Source: Schmidtea polychroa
Lineage: Eukaryota
Assembly: GCA_044892525.1 (NCBI GenBank)
Contig: CM097885.1
Location: 52,764,001-52,828,000, forward strand
Length of the DNA: 64,000 nt
Direction: 5' to 3'
Part shown: positions 25,277 to 36,283 of the stretch, in pieces
Layout of the letters: each line of letters begins with the position of its first letter
How positions within the stretch are numbered: the stretch's first letter is position 1
Translations under genes and position numbers: made by a program
Notes under the pieces: model-generated
Told to the model about the DNA's origin: nothing
The model's input: the letters and a program-made list of their open reading frames with translations, nothing else
Databases searched by the model: none

Positions 25277-26050
25277 ATGGTATATGAAGAAAGATTAACA
25301 CTTTTAAAAAAATTACAATCAGAACAAAACAAGTATAATAAAAAATATACAACTCAACATACTGAATCTATAATATTAAATGAGGTAATGATGCAACAAC
25401 AACAACCAACAATTAAAGCTATAAAAGGATTAGAATCTCTAAAATCTAAAGAGCCGGAATTAAAACAAAAAGAATTGGAGTGGTATGAAGATGAAATGAT
25501 TTTAAAACCTCTTAAAGTTGATCCAAAAATTAGAGAGGGTTTAAGTGATTCAATTAGACCTATATTTAATACTAATGCTAAAGGATGTACAATAATAACA
25601 ATTAATAAACAAAACTTTACTTTATATACATCTTCAGAAGATAAACCACGTTTTCGTTCACAAAATATTTATAATAATGATTATTTAGATTTTGAATTTA
25701 CAGATGATTTATATAGATTAATTTGTGGATATGCTTCAGATAATATTAAAGAAATTGAAAAATATTTAAATTTAATAAAAATAAAAGGAGGTAGTTCAAA
25801 AGCAAAATATATTCAAGATTTAAAGAATTATTTAAATAAAAATGAAAGGGGTTATATTGTTAAAGAAGGTGAGGGGATACCTGTGGGTGGATCAAACCCA
25901 ATCAATCTTTTTATTAAATTAAGAAAACTATTAGCAGCTAAAAAAGCAGGACATAATAATTTAGATTCTGATATTTTAAAGATTTCTAAAGAATTATTAA
26001 AACAAGGAATAATTTCAAAAGATAAATGTAATATATATACAAAGTTATAA
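25277..26050 (+). CDS. Conserved Polinton protein of unknown function
   Basis: Intact 257-aa ORF; the C-terminal EGEG...LLAAKKAGHNN...ELLKQGII motif is typical of Polinton virion-associated ORFs. Confidence 0.6.
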   Translation: MVYEERLTLLKKLQSEQNKYNKKYTTQHTESIILNEVMMQQQQPTIKAIKGLESLKSKEPELKQKELEWYEDEMILKPLKVDPKIREGLSDSIRPIFNTNAKGCTIITINKQNFTLYTSSEDKPRFRSQNIYNNDYLDFEFTDDLYRLICGYASDNIKEIEKYLNLIKIKGGSSKAKYIQDLKNYLNKNERGYIVKEGEGIPVGGSNPINLFIKLRKLLAAKKAGHNNLDSDILKISKELLKQGIISKDKCNIYTKL

Positions 26051-26485
26051 ATGACTAATCCTTCAATATTAGATTTTTTAAAAACATTTGGAATAAATAC
26101 AAAAACAAATTTTGATTTAAAAGATTATGCAAAGGGGTTAAATTTAAAAATTAAAATATTAATGAATGATGAATTATCAAGTCTGAAAGATGCAAAGAAT
26201 AATATAATAATCAATTATCAAGATTCAAATGAAAAAGGATCTCATTGTGTTTGTATATATAATAAATCTATATACTTTGATTCTTTTGGGATTAAACCCA
26301 CTAAACAAGTACAAGACTATCTTGAAAAAGATTATACTTTTAATTCTTTACAAGTTCAACCTAATAATACTAAAATATGTGGTATTACAAGTTTATATGT
26401 TTTGTATAGATTGAATAATTCCAAAGGAGAAGGTTTTGAATCTATAATCCAAGAAATTTATAATGATCTAAAGTCTCTATTATAA
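26051..26485 (+). CDS. Adenain-like cysteine protease of Polinton-2
   Basis: IINYQDS...GSH(C)VC...YFDSFG..P...QVQ....ICG. Confidence 0.85.
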   Translation: MTNPSILDFLKTFGINTKTNFDLKDYAKGLNLKIKILMNDELSSLKDAKNNIIINYQDSNEKGSHCVCIYNKSIYFDSFGIKPTKQVQDYLEKDYTFNSLQVQPNNTKICGITSLYVLYRLNNSKGEGFESIIQEIYNDLKSLL

Positions 26486-26495
26486 CTATAAAAAA

Positions 26496-27269
26496 ATGGA
26501 AGATAATTTTAAAAAAATGGTAAACATAATGTCAGATAAATATTCAAGAAGTTTATTAATAAATTCAAATGAATCAGATTTTACTATAAATTTTGAAGAT
26601 TCAATAAATTTAGATCAAAATTTAAATTATGAATTAGGACTCTTGTGGTTTAGCTGTTTTAATACTATTTTTAATATAAATATTAATAATAATAAATTTA
26701 TTATAATTAAGACGAATAATAACAAAATATTAAAAAATAATGAATATTTTAAGGAACTCAACGTTATATCAATCGAACCAGGATCATATGAAATAGTAGA
26801 TTTGGCTAAAACAATTCTAAAAGAAACAAATGAAAATGTAGAAATAAAAGCAGATATTCAAACTTCAAAATGTATTACAACTTTAAAAAATGTTGGAATT
26901 GGTGTTAGTGCTTCTAGTTTCTTTCATACTATTTTAGGTTTTGAAGTCGGAGAATATGTTACCAGTGATTCACCTATTAAATATAAAAATATTATACAAA
27001 TAACAAATATAAATTCTATAAATATAGAGTGTGATTGTATAATGGGATCATACAATAATGGTAAACATGCAAATATTTTATATTCCTTTCCTTCCAATGT
27101 TGTTCGAGTTGGATATAAAATGGTTGAAAGAATGAACCCCCCAAACTACTTACCTTTATGCAGAAAAAATATAATGAATATTAGTTTTAGAATTGTTGAT
27201 GAAGATGGGGAATTAATTAATTTTAATGGAGAAAAGATTTCAATGTGTTTACATTTGAAACAAGTCTAG
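26496..27269 (+). CDS. Minor capsid protein (penton) of Polinton-2
   Basis: FNI...NNKF, IEPGSYEI, ILGF, INIECDCI.GSY.NG....LYSF....GYK, IVDEDG.LINFNGE.I...LHLK. Confidence 0.85.
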   Translation: MEDNFKKMVNIMSDKYSRSLLINSNESDFTINFEDSINLDQNLNYELGLLWFSCFNTIFNININNNKFIIIKTNNNKILKNNEYFKELNVISIEPGSYEIVDLAKTILKETNENVEIKADIQTSKCITTLKNVGIGVSASSFFHTILGFEVGEYVTSDSPIKYKNIIQITNINSINIECDCIMGSYNNGKHANILYSFPSNVVRVGYKMVERMNPPNYLPLCRKNIMNISFRIVDEDGELINFNGEKISMCLHLKQV

Positions 27270-27306
27270 ACGGGTTATATTTTTTTTAAAAGTTATTACT
27301 ATAAAA

Positions 27307-28251
27307 ATGAATTATGCTAATTTGAATAAGTTGGGGTTATATAATGATGGATTAAAAGATGAAGATGTTATATCTCTTACAGAAAAGAGATATGTTAATG
27401 AAAGAGGTGATTCAATGAAGGGTGATTTAATTTTAAATGGACACCAGATAAAAGAATTATCTTCTCCAATTAATGATTTTGATGCAACTAATAAAAAATA
27501 TGTAGATGTAGTTGTTAAAAATTATACTGATTTAACAACAACAAGAATTGATTCAATGGAATCCAAATTTAATAAATTACAAACCCAATTAAATGAAGAA
27601 GCTAAAAAGATAGCCAAAGAAAAAAATAAAAGACTTGTGGATAAACAACTTATGGATAATAAAATTAATACAATATATAATATAATAAATGAGATGATTA
27701 CATCGTTTAATAAAAGATTTGTTAAATTAGAGTCTCATACAACACACATTAACACAACACACACTATTAGAAAAAGAGCTGCTGAATTAGAACAGAATAA
27801 TATATTATTACCCAATGCATATAAACATTTTATAGAACCAACTTTAATAATAACAAATAGTAAAGAATGGTCTTGTTTTATGGTTGTAAAGATTATTGAT
27901 CCTTATTTCTTTTTATTTAATGATGATGATGAAACAATGAAATGGTTTGTAAAATGTGATTATAATAGTAAGTTTGAAAAGGGTGATGTTATAATAACTG
28001 GTTATGATTTACCACATGGACATTGGCATGATAATACTGATTCATATAAAACACATAAAGTTAAAAGTAAGAATATTATTTTTAAAAGCACACTTGTGCA
28101 TTATATAGATTTAATATTTTATGAAAAAAAGGTTGATGTTGATCAAGTTCGTAAAGCGTTGATAGAATTGTATAAAGACATTCTCTCAACAAGAGTTTCT
28201 TATGATATGCGAGTGTTGGTACCAGATAATAAAGTCTTGTTGAGAGTTTAA
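27307..28251 (+). CDS. Putative fibre/adhesin-like protein
   Basis: YV...GDSMKGDL.L.GH.I..L..P....DATNKKYVD trimeric-fibre neck-like motif followed by a coiled coil; directly after the penton gene. Confidence 0.55.
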   Translation: MNYANLNKLGLYNDGLKDEDVISLTEKRYVNERGDSMKGDLILNGHQIKELSSPINDFDATNKKYVDVVVKNYTDLTTTRIDSMESKFNKLQTQLNEEAKKIAKEKNKRLVDKQLMDNKINTIYNIINEMITSFNKRFVKLESHTTHINTTHTIRKRAAELEQNNILLPNAYKHFIEPTLIITNSKEWSCFMVVKIIDPYFFLFNDDDETMKWFVKCDYNSKFEKGDVIITGYDLPHGHWHDNTDSYKTHKVKSKNIIFKSTLVHYIDLIFYEKKVDVDQVRKALIELYKDILSTRVSYDMRVLVPDNKVLLRV

Positions 28252-28268
28252 GTTTTTTAATTATTAAA

Positions 28269-28841
28269 ATGGAAGTAAGAGAAGAAAAGATTTATCCAGA
28301 ATTGAGATCATTAGGATATGCTCCATCAGCACCCACAGAACTTGAAATTATGAGAGTAAAAGAATTTAAATCAGAAACCTTACATTTACAAGACTTGTTA
28401 AAACATTATAAAAAAATTAAAAAAAGATGGAATAAAGCTAATACAGTTTTAAAAGTTGTAGGTTATTCTTTAGGATTTACATCTGCAATATTAACAGTTG
28501 TTTTACCTATAACTTTACCAGCTATAAGTCTTGCACCTGTAATACTTGGAAGTATTTCAGTAGCTGATACTTTCTTGACTGAAATAGTTTCTTTAGCTTA
28601 TACCTCTAAAAAGAAAAGTTTATATAGAGAAGTTTGTTTGTCGATTGAATTAGGGATATCTAAATTATTTTTATTTCAATTAACAGCTTTGGAAGATGGA
28701 ATCTTGACTGATGATGAAATAATAAAATCAAATCAAATAATAAGAGATATTAAAAATAATGTTATAAGATTAAAGACCACAAACACTAAGAATGAATATT
28801 CTAAAAAACATACTCGAGAGAAATGGTTAAAGACTGTATAA
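28269..28841 (+). CDS. Hypothetical membrane protein (central hydrophobic hairpin)
   Basis: Intact 190-aa ORF; IYPEL..APSAP N-terminus and two hydrophobic segments. Confidence 0.55.
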   Translation: MEVREEKIYPELRSLGYAPSAPTELEIMRVKEFKSETLHLQDLLKHYKKIKKRWNKANTVLKVVGYSLGFTSAILTVVLPITLPAISLAPVILGSISVADTFLTEIVSLAYTSKKKSLYREVCLSIELGISKLFLFQLTALEDGILTDDEIIKSNQIIRDIKNNVIRLKTTNTKNEYSKKHTREKWLKTV

Positions 28842-29123
28842 TTTTTTAATTTAAAATGGATGAAATTGAAAAAGAAATAAAGTTTTTAATGGACTCTAGG
28901 TTGATGGATTTCAAGAGTTTATCACTTGAGGATAAAATTAAATTTGGGGAATAGTATTATATAATTTGTCTTCAAATAATTCAAATAATTAGTCATAATG
29001 ATTCAAGCCCAAATGATTTTAAATTATTAAGTATACAAGATCAAATTGGAAAAGGAGAATATTATTTTGCCTTATTCCCTCAACTAATTAATATTTTAAA
29101 AAATAAAAAAATAAACATATAAA

Positions 29124-29569
29124 ATGGATGGATTTTTAAAAAAAGTAGATCAGATTGCTATAGTTGATACTTCTAAATTAAATATGTTTTATTAAAAGAA
29201 AAAGCTTTAGGGTTTACTAAACTTTTAAGTGAAAATCCTAATTTTACTTAATCTCAAATTTGTAAAATGTTGGGCGTTTCAGAATCTACAATGAGAAGAG
29301 TGAGAAATGATTTAGGAATGGGTTCTCCTTTTAGACATGCTGTTAAAACTAAAAACCCTAAAAAGAATAAGACTCCGCCAGTAGAATACAAAACTCCTGA
29401 AGGAAAATCTTTTTATTGTACAGATTGTTCAAAAGTTTTATCTTCACATAATCATGTTTGCAACAAGAAAACTAAAGATGCTTTAGCCTCTGGAGGAAAG
29501 CATTCAGGACTTTTTGATAAAGCAGTTGGAGAAGAAGAATTAGATGAAGTTTTAAATCGTAAATTTTGA
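29124..29569 (+). pseudogene. HTH-like DNA-binding protein, degraded at the 5' end
   Basis: SQICKMLGVSESTMRRVRNDL helix-turn-helix pattern, then CxxC..H..C. Confidence 0.55.
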
Positions 29570-29585
29570 AATTTTGCTTAAATAA

Positions 29586-29915
29586 ATGAGTGATGAAAAT
29601 ATTTTAGATTTAGTAATACATGATTCTGATGTTAGAAAAGAAGCAATAGTTGCATTAACAGAATATAGACAAAAATCTTTAGCTACCCAAGCTTTACATG
29701 GAGAATATCTTCTTTCCTTAGACCATGCAATGAAAAAACTAATAAGGGTGATGGGTGAGGAATCTATGGAAGCAAATGAAAAGCTTGAAAATGTAACAAA
29801 TGAAAGAGATTATCAATTGAAAAAGGTTGAAGATATTGATAGTGATTATTTAAATAAAATGCGTGAAGAAATTAAGATTATAAAATACTCAAATGAGGAA
29901 AACAACAAAAACTAA
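29586..29915 (+). CDS. Hypothetical protein of Polinton-2
   Basis: Intact 109-aa ORF within the gene array. Confidence 0.45.
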   Translation: MSDENILDLVIHDSDVRKEAIVALTEYRQKSLATQALHGEYLLSLDHAMKKLIRVMGEESMEANEKLENVTNERDYQLKKVEDIDSDYLNKMREEIKIIKYSNEENNKN

Positions 29916-30185
29916 GACAGCGAATAGAAAGGGTGATGAAAGAATCAAAAGAAATCTAAGGTTTGAAATCTAAAAGTTTGAAAACGGAAAATATAATAAA
30001 AATAAAAAGACAGATTAATATAATCACAAGACATGTTTTGATTATCCTCATTGTCCAAATTAATTTATTTTTTATTCTATTAAATTCGTTAATAAAAGCA
30101 TTAAACAATGATTTAGATATAATTTTTTTTGAATCAAAATAAGATTCTAACAGGTTTGTCATTTTTAAGTTATTTAAATCACGTT

Positions 30186-33100
30186 TCAGTCATGACTGAC
30201 TTTAATGCTTTCTAATCTTTTAATCTCTAATCTATGGGATTCGAATTCAATATTTGATAATCCTTTGATATATTCAGGATCAGTATTTAAATATTTAAAA
30301 TCTATATACATCACCCCGAAAACTTGATTGTACAAGGGTTTTTGTGGTACATCTAATTTAAAATATATCTTGGTGTGTTCTTTTGGATATTGGATTACAA
30401 CTTTACTTAGTTGAAGGTCTGTTATGTTTGTATGATATAAATCATTCAAGACTTGCAAAATTTTTATTAGAGGTATTAAATCATTACCAATTGGAAGAGA
30501 TGTTTTTAAATCACTTAAAATATATCTCTTATCATCATAGTTGGATAATGACACTTTGTTTGATTCTTCTAAATACATGTTATGCTTCTCAGATTTAAGT
30601 TGATGAACTTCAACTATTTTATCTAGATAATCTCTATTTAGAGAATCTTTATAGTCTTGGTGGGTTATTGTTTTGGATATTGATTTTTGTATCCCTTTAC
30701 ATTTATTATCCTTGGAGGTTTTTATATTTGGGGTTATTATAGGTTGATTAAAGGTGTAATCTATTTCTTCTGTTCCCATCCTGATTTTAACCGTTTGTGT
30801 TTTCATCTTTGGAGCTTCAATCATTTCTAGTGAATATTGTTTAGATCTAATAAACACAGCATCAGTTATTAAGATGTATGGTTTTTCATCTTTAAAGGTG
30901 AATAATTCCCCAGATGAATTTATTAAATTACTTAGTGTTTCATTTTCAGATATTTCTTTTTTTATATCATCACTATAAACTCTTAAAAACATACTATCAG
31001 TATCCATAGCATGCATTGATATTCTATTTTTGAAATGTGGTACCAAGACATCATAATAAGTCTCATACATTTGTAATTTAGACAATTTTAAAATTGAATA
31101 TCCTATAAAGATTGGTTTATTATATGTTTTTTCACTATTTTGTATTTCAATAGCTACTAGATTCTTTGAGAATACTTGAGCATTTTTAAATGTAGGTTTC
31201 CCAAGCATTCGATTGTATCTTGCAAAATCTTTGGGTGTATTTTTTAATAATTCTACTCGAGTATATTTATCAATGTTTTCCATTGTTTTCCCAAAGACTG
31301 CATTATTTAAAAGTTTATATATCATGTCTAGAAAAGCATTTCCATTTCTTTTTGCTTCGTTTCTTTTAGTAATATTTCCTTGTATGAATGTTTTCATGAA
31401 TGGGGCTTGTTTGAATTTTATAATAGAGTGAACATTTTTTAACACCATTCCATGTGAGATGTAAAATTGTAAAAGACGATAATGGCAAAGATAATAAGTT
31501 TTATTACTTTGGTCACATAAAAGTTTTGTAGTTGTAGGTTTATTTTGACTGATTTGCCAAGATGAAAGTTCATTTTGATCTATTTTCCTTTTCACCGGTG
31601 CAAATGGGAAATATTTGGTTGGTATTTTTATTTCATCTGGGTATTCTAGATCACATTCTATAACATATCCAAACTCTGAATCGTTTTTAGTATCTAGTAT
31701 TTGATTCGAAAGTTTTTTTAGCTTGTCCGTCCCCTTGGGGATATCAATCCAGGTGAATTCTCCAATTGGTAAGTGTTGAGTCATTATTCCTGCATATAAA
31801 GCAGTTGCATCTATATAAATTATCTCTGATGGATTTGATAAGCCTTGTTTTATTAAATTATAGTCTTGTTCTGTTTTTATTTGCATGTTTGCTTCATCTT
31901 CCATCTCAGTGAAGAATTTTCTATAAAGATTTATCCAGTTGTTTGTGGTGATTTCCAGGTCTCCCATTACAGAGCTAACACCTCCTCTAATATTATGTTT
32001 AAATATATTAAACATGTTGGGGTTGGTTAATAGTTGTATAATTTTCTCTTCTTGTTCCTCAGAAGTCTATACAGTATATAATAATGTATCCCAAGCTAAA
32101 GATGGAGATGTTATATAGTTGTAGGGTTTAAGAGTAAAGGCTTTTGTGAATCCTTCAAAACAGTCTGCTAGGATATAAACATCAAGGGTTAAATACATGT
32201 CAGTATATTCCCCAATGTTTTTACAGTTGAATAATTTGTACATTTTATTTGCTCGGGAATATTCTTGATCACTTATACCCGCTTGTTGTAGTTTTGAAAA
32301 GAATAAGTCTTTAGGAGGTAATTCTATTTCATTATAAATCTCGAAAGAATCTATATAATCATATGGATAGATTCCCTTTGCTAGACATGTTGGAAATTCT
32401 TGTTCTGGGATATCATTTTTCATTAATACTTGTCTTGTGTAGGTGAAGCGTTCTGGATGCATTGTTTTTGCAATACCATCTAGAGACATTCCTAAAAAGT
32501 TTAGCGAGTCTATAAATTTTAAACATCCATATTGAACGCATTTGTATTTCTCTTTTGTTAGTCCTATAACTTTGAAAGAGTTTTTAGCATTTGCTGCTAG
32601 ATGTTTTATAAATAGATGAATGTCATATCCAAAAAGATTATGGAATATAACTGGAATGAAGTTTGGTTTTTTACAGTTTATATTACAATTCTTGTGTGCT
32701 GCTCCTCTATAATTATTTGATGCTTTAAAATGGTCATGATCAGGGACTTTTATATCTTCCTCAAATTGTTGTTTACACATCCAACAACTTGAAGTATTAT
32801 CATATTCATCTAATTGCTCTTGTGTGAAGTTTATTGGAAAGTTTGTTTTTAATATTTTAAAGAGTTTATGTTCTAAATCATTCATGTCTTTTGTAAAATG
32901 ATTTAGAACCTCTTGTTCTGAGGTTCCTCTAAATGTATATTCTTCAGATTCTACAAGTTCTGGGTAATTGCTTTTAAAAAATAGTTTATAAGCGGATGGT
33001 ATTTGTTTGGCTAATTTTACTGTATAAGATTTTTTATTTAACTTTAGAAAGATTTTCATATTCTCCCATTCTGTTGATTTGAGATTGTTCCAGGAATCTA

Positions 33101-34680
33101 ATAAATTATTTTTTTCTATTAGTTTTAAATATTCTTGTTCTAAATCTTGTTTTATGTTAATCGCCTCAAAATCTCCATATATTACTCCCACTGATTCTAA
33201 TAAATTTGAAAAATTTTTAAAATACATTTTTGAGTTTTTAGGCATTTTAATTAATGCTGGTTGGTTCTTTCATGCTTAATTGTTGATGATGTAGATGTTG
33301 AATAGTGAAAACATCTTTTACATGTTGTCCCACCTCTAACCTGTGTTTTTGTCCTCATAAAAGTTTGAAAGTTTTTTATGAGGATATAGTGTTGTTTTCT
33401 TTCAATGTCTTCTTCTTGTACATTTTCAATATTTAAATCTTGTTCTGTGAGAGTTTGTATATCTTCATCATCTTGTTCCCTTGGTTTTTTATATTCCATT
33501 TCTTTGTAATATTAAAAGATGAATTTCACGATTTTTATCTTGTTCTAATAATTCATTATTTGAAATGTAGATTGGAATGATGTGTTTCTTAAAACTATCA
33601 TGTTTATGGTGGATATATTCATAAATATTAAGTTTAACATTATTCAAGGTTTCGAATATTGGTATATCCTTAATTTTCATTGGATGTTCAAATTCTTTTG
33701 GATATACCAACTCATTCTCATAGGGTTTGTATTTTAATACTCTTTGAGGGTTTGTTTCTTGTGGATGTAAATGTGCAAGGATTGACCATTGAAAACATTT
33801 ATTATCTCTATTTTCTATGTTTATAAGAGAATTTGAACGAAATGGTGTAGGGATGTATGATTTAGGGTTTGGAGGTGCTGCTCTCCAATATTCTATTTGC
33901 ATGTTTTGAAATGAATGGAATCTTAAATCTGATTCCCCTAATTCTTGTTCTACTTGTTCTTGTTGTTCTTGAACTTCTTGAACTATATCATTAATAATTT
34001 TATTAACCCCTTTAGTTGAAAACAAATATTTATATGATGTTTCAATATCAGAGTCTAAAGGAATTGTATTTGCTTCTTCTCCTCTCCAATATCTTGCCAA
34101 GATTGTAATTTTATATTTTATAACATTAAATCTTGATTTACCAAATTTCTTCAAAGCATCTTCCATTGAATTTTTTATATTTTGTCTATTTCTTCTTACA
34201 TATTCTGAGGCTGATGAATCTTCAAACATTTGTTCAAATATATCTATATGATTAAAGTTGTCCCAATTATATTTTTCTTTTTCAATGTGTTCAGGTTCTT
34301 CTTCTTCATATTCTTCTTCCTTTTCACTTTCAAAATCATTTGGGATTGATTGTAGATTGTCTATAGCACATTTTTTACATGTTTTATATAATAGGATTCT
34401 ATACTAATTTTTAATTTACATATAGGACATTCAAATTTTTTTCTATTTTTTGGAATACCAATACAACTTTCAAAATGTCGGTCATATCCAGAAAGTAAAA
34501 ATCTTTCTTTACATTTGGTAGAAATTTTTGAGTTGGTATTATTTAGTCGGTTTATTTTTAATAAATGATTTTTTGATTTTTTATGAGATATTAATTCTGA
34601 TTTATTTTTAAAAGTTTTGTTGCAGATGCTGCAATTATAAATATTAGAAATTTCAAGTTCATTAGCATTCATTTTTTTAA
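30186..34680 (-). pseudogene. pPolB of Polinton-2 with N-terminal C2H2 fingers, split into five ORFs
   Basis: CSIC..H..H fingers; DNKCFQWS; YGDFE; CWMC..DHDH; FHNLFGYD; KGIYPYDY; IRGG; YIDATALY; KLLNNAVFGKT; MDTDS; KCKGI; YDDKRY. Confidence 0.95.
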
Positions 34681-34729
34681 AAATTTTTTTTACTGGGGTG
34701 GGTTGTTTTGATTTTTTTATAGGATTTAA

Positions 34730-35117
34730 ACTATTAATAAAGCAGTGTATAAACCCCACAGCTGGCCATTCCATTCACTAGGCAAACTCCCAACATTTGA
34801 GGCAAACTCCCAACATTTGTGGGGTTATGGGGTTTTTAAACCTTTAAGTAGTGTATAAACCCCACACCTGACCCACGCACCTTTAAGTTTTTTTCCTTTC
34901 CACTTCTTAGCTTTTTCTCCCGACAAACTCCCAACATTTGAGGCAAACTCCCAACATTTGAGGTATTAAGGGGTTTATTTTTTGAAAACATAGGGCAAAA
35001 AAGATGAAAAAGTGTAAAAATTTAGGTTTATTTTTATACTAAAGTGTAATAAACAAGGGATATGGAGCTGGAATCCTTTGGCGTGGGGGTATTCAGGTGT
35101 GGGGTTTATACACTACT
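34730..35117 (-). repeat. Right terminal inverted repeat of Polinton-2
   Basis: Reverse complement of 20,672..21,039. Confidence 0.95.
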
Positions 35118-35223
35118 TATATTATAAAGTTTGAAGACCGAGGACCCACCATACACCTTCGAGGGTATGACCATTAGATAGACCTCTCAAATACCTTTCG
35201 AATGATACCCTTTGGTGAAGGTT

Positions 35224-35590
35224 TGACCTTAAAAATATGACCTTGACCTTTAAAAATATGACCTTGACCTTAAAAATATGACATTGACCTTAAAAATATG
35301 AGCTTGACCTTAAAATATGACCTTGACCTTTAAAAATATGACCTTGGCCTTAAAATATGACCTTGACCTTAAAATATGACCTTGACCTTTAAAATATGAC
35401 CCTGGCGAGTCATCCAATGACCTTGAATGAGTCATGGTCTTTGTTTCAATGACCTTGATGAGTCATCCAATGACCTTGATGGGCCATAGTCTTTGTTTCA
35501 ATGACCTTGCTGAGTCATCGGGTGAGTCATGGTCTTTGTTTCAATGACCTTGATGAGTCATATGTCTTTGTTTAAAATTTGACCTTGAGG
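35224..35590. repeat. Minisatellite of ATGACCTTGACCTT(A)n units followed by TGACCTTGA/TGAGTCA units
   Basis: About nine 19-21-nt units, then a second unit type. Belongs to the repeat that Polinton-2 split, since CTCAAATACCTTT occurs on both flanks. Confidence 0.85.
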
Positions 35591-35730
35591 TGACATGTGC
35601 CATTGGTGACACATCCTACTACTTTCTTACTGCTGGGTGTAAGTGTTGTGCGTGTTGTGTACCGAGACATTTCGTCGAAATCTTAACGTTTGGGCAAAAG
35701 ACTAGGGGTTGTATAGTTCGCGACTCCTGC

Positions 35731-35772
35731 ATAGTACTGATGAGAGCCAAAAGTTTGAAACTAATCTACTAT
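35731..35772 (+). ncRNA. Minimal type-I hammerhead ribozyme (slightly degenerate)
   Basis: ATAGTA-CTGATGA-GAGC caaaa GTTT-GAAA-ctaa-TC-TACTAT: 6-bp stem I, intact core, 4-bp stem II and a 1-bp stem III. Confidence 0.72.
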
Positions 35773-36283
35773 TAGGATTTTCACTGGTTATCACAAAGCT
35801 TGTAATATTTCTTTTATATATATATATATATATATGTATCCACTCATACTAAATTATAATCTTCATATACCAACTTATATATTATCTCCATTATACATAT
35901 TCATAGTAACTCTTATTGTGCCTTGTGATAGCTTTTTATCGTGTCCTGTGATGGCTACATCTAATAGTTTTTAATTGCGTTGTGATGGGTTTATTTTATT
36001 TTTTTCTTCTTTTTATATTTGCTTGTCTTCATTTGTCTTCACATTAATATTAAATAAAACTCTGCCTGTGAATAATGTTTATAAAAATTACATTTACCAA
36101 TCCCAAAGACCATAATCTCAAAATCCCAAAAGATCGTATTCATCCATTTTCAAACGAATAATGTACAAAGATCAGATTCCAAAAACGCACTCCCTAAAGA
36201 TATTCCAAAATACCAATTTTATTTCAGAAAAACAGTCCAGTACCATAAAACAATACAGGACTAGAGCGAAACCAATAAAATTG

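Larger units (their letters stand above)
20672..35117. mobile_element. Polinton/Maverick element 2, full length (14,446 bp), PLA2-bearing type
   Basis: 5'-AGTAGTGTATAAACCCC...GGGGTTTATACACTACT-3' termini, 6-bp TSD TATATT (20,666-20,671 and 35,118-35,123) and a complete core gene set with scattered frameshifts. Confidence 0.96.

Noticed and set aside
35224..35400. CRISPR-like array
   Set aside because: Tandem units without unique spacers, in a eukaryotic context with no cas genes.
35591..35795. 3' LTR of the env-bearing element
   Set aside because: TG..CA ends can be drawn, but there is no polypurine tract, partner LTR or TSD.
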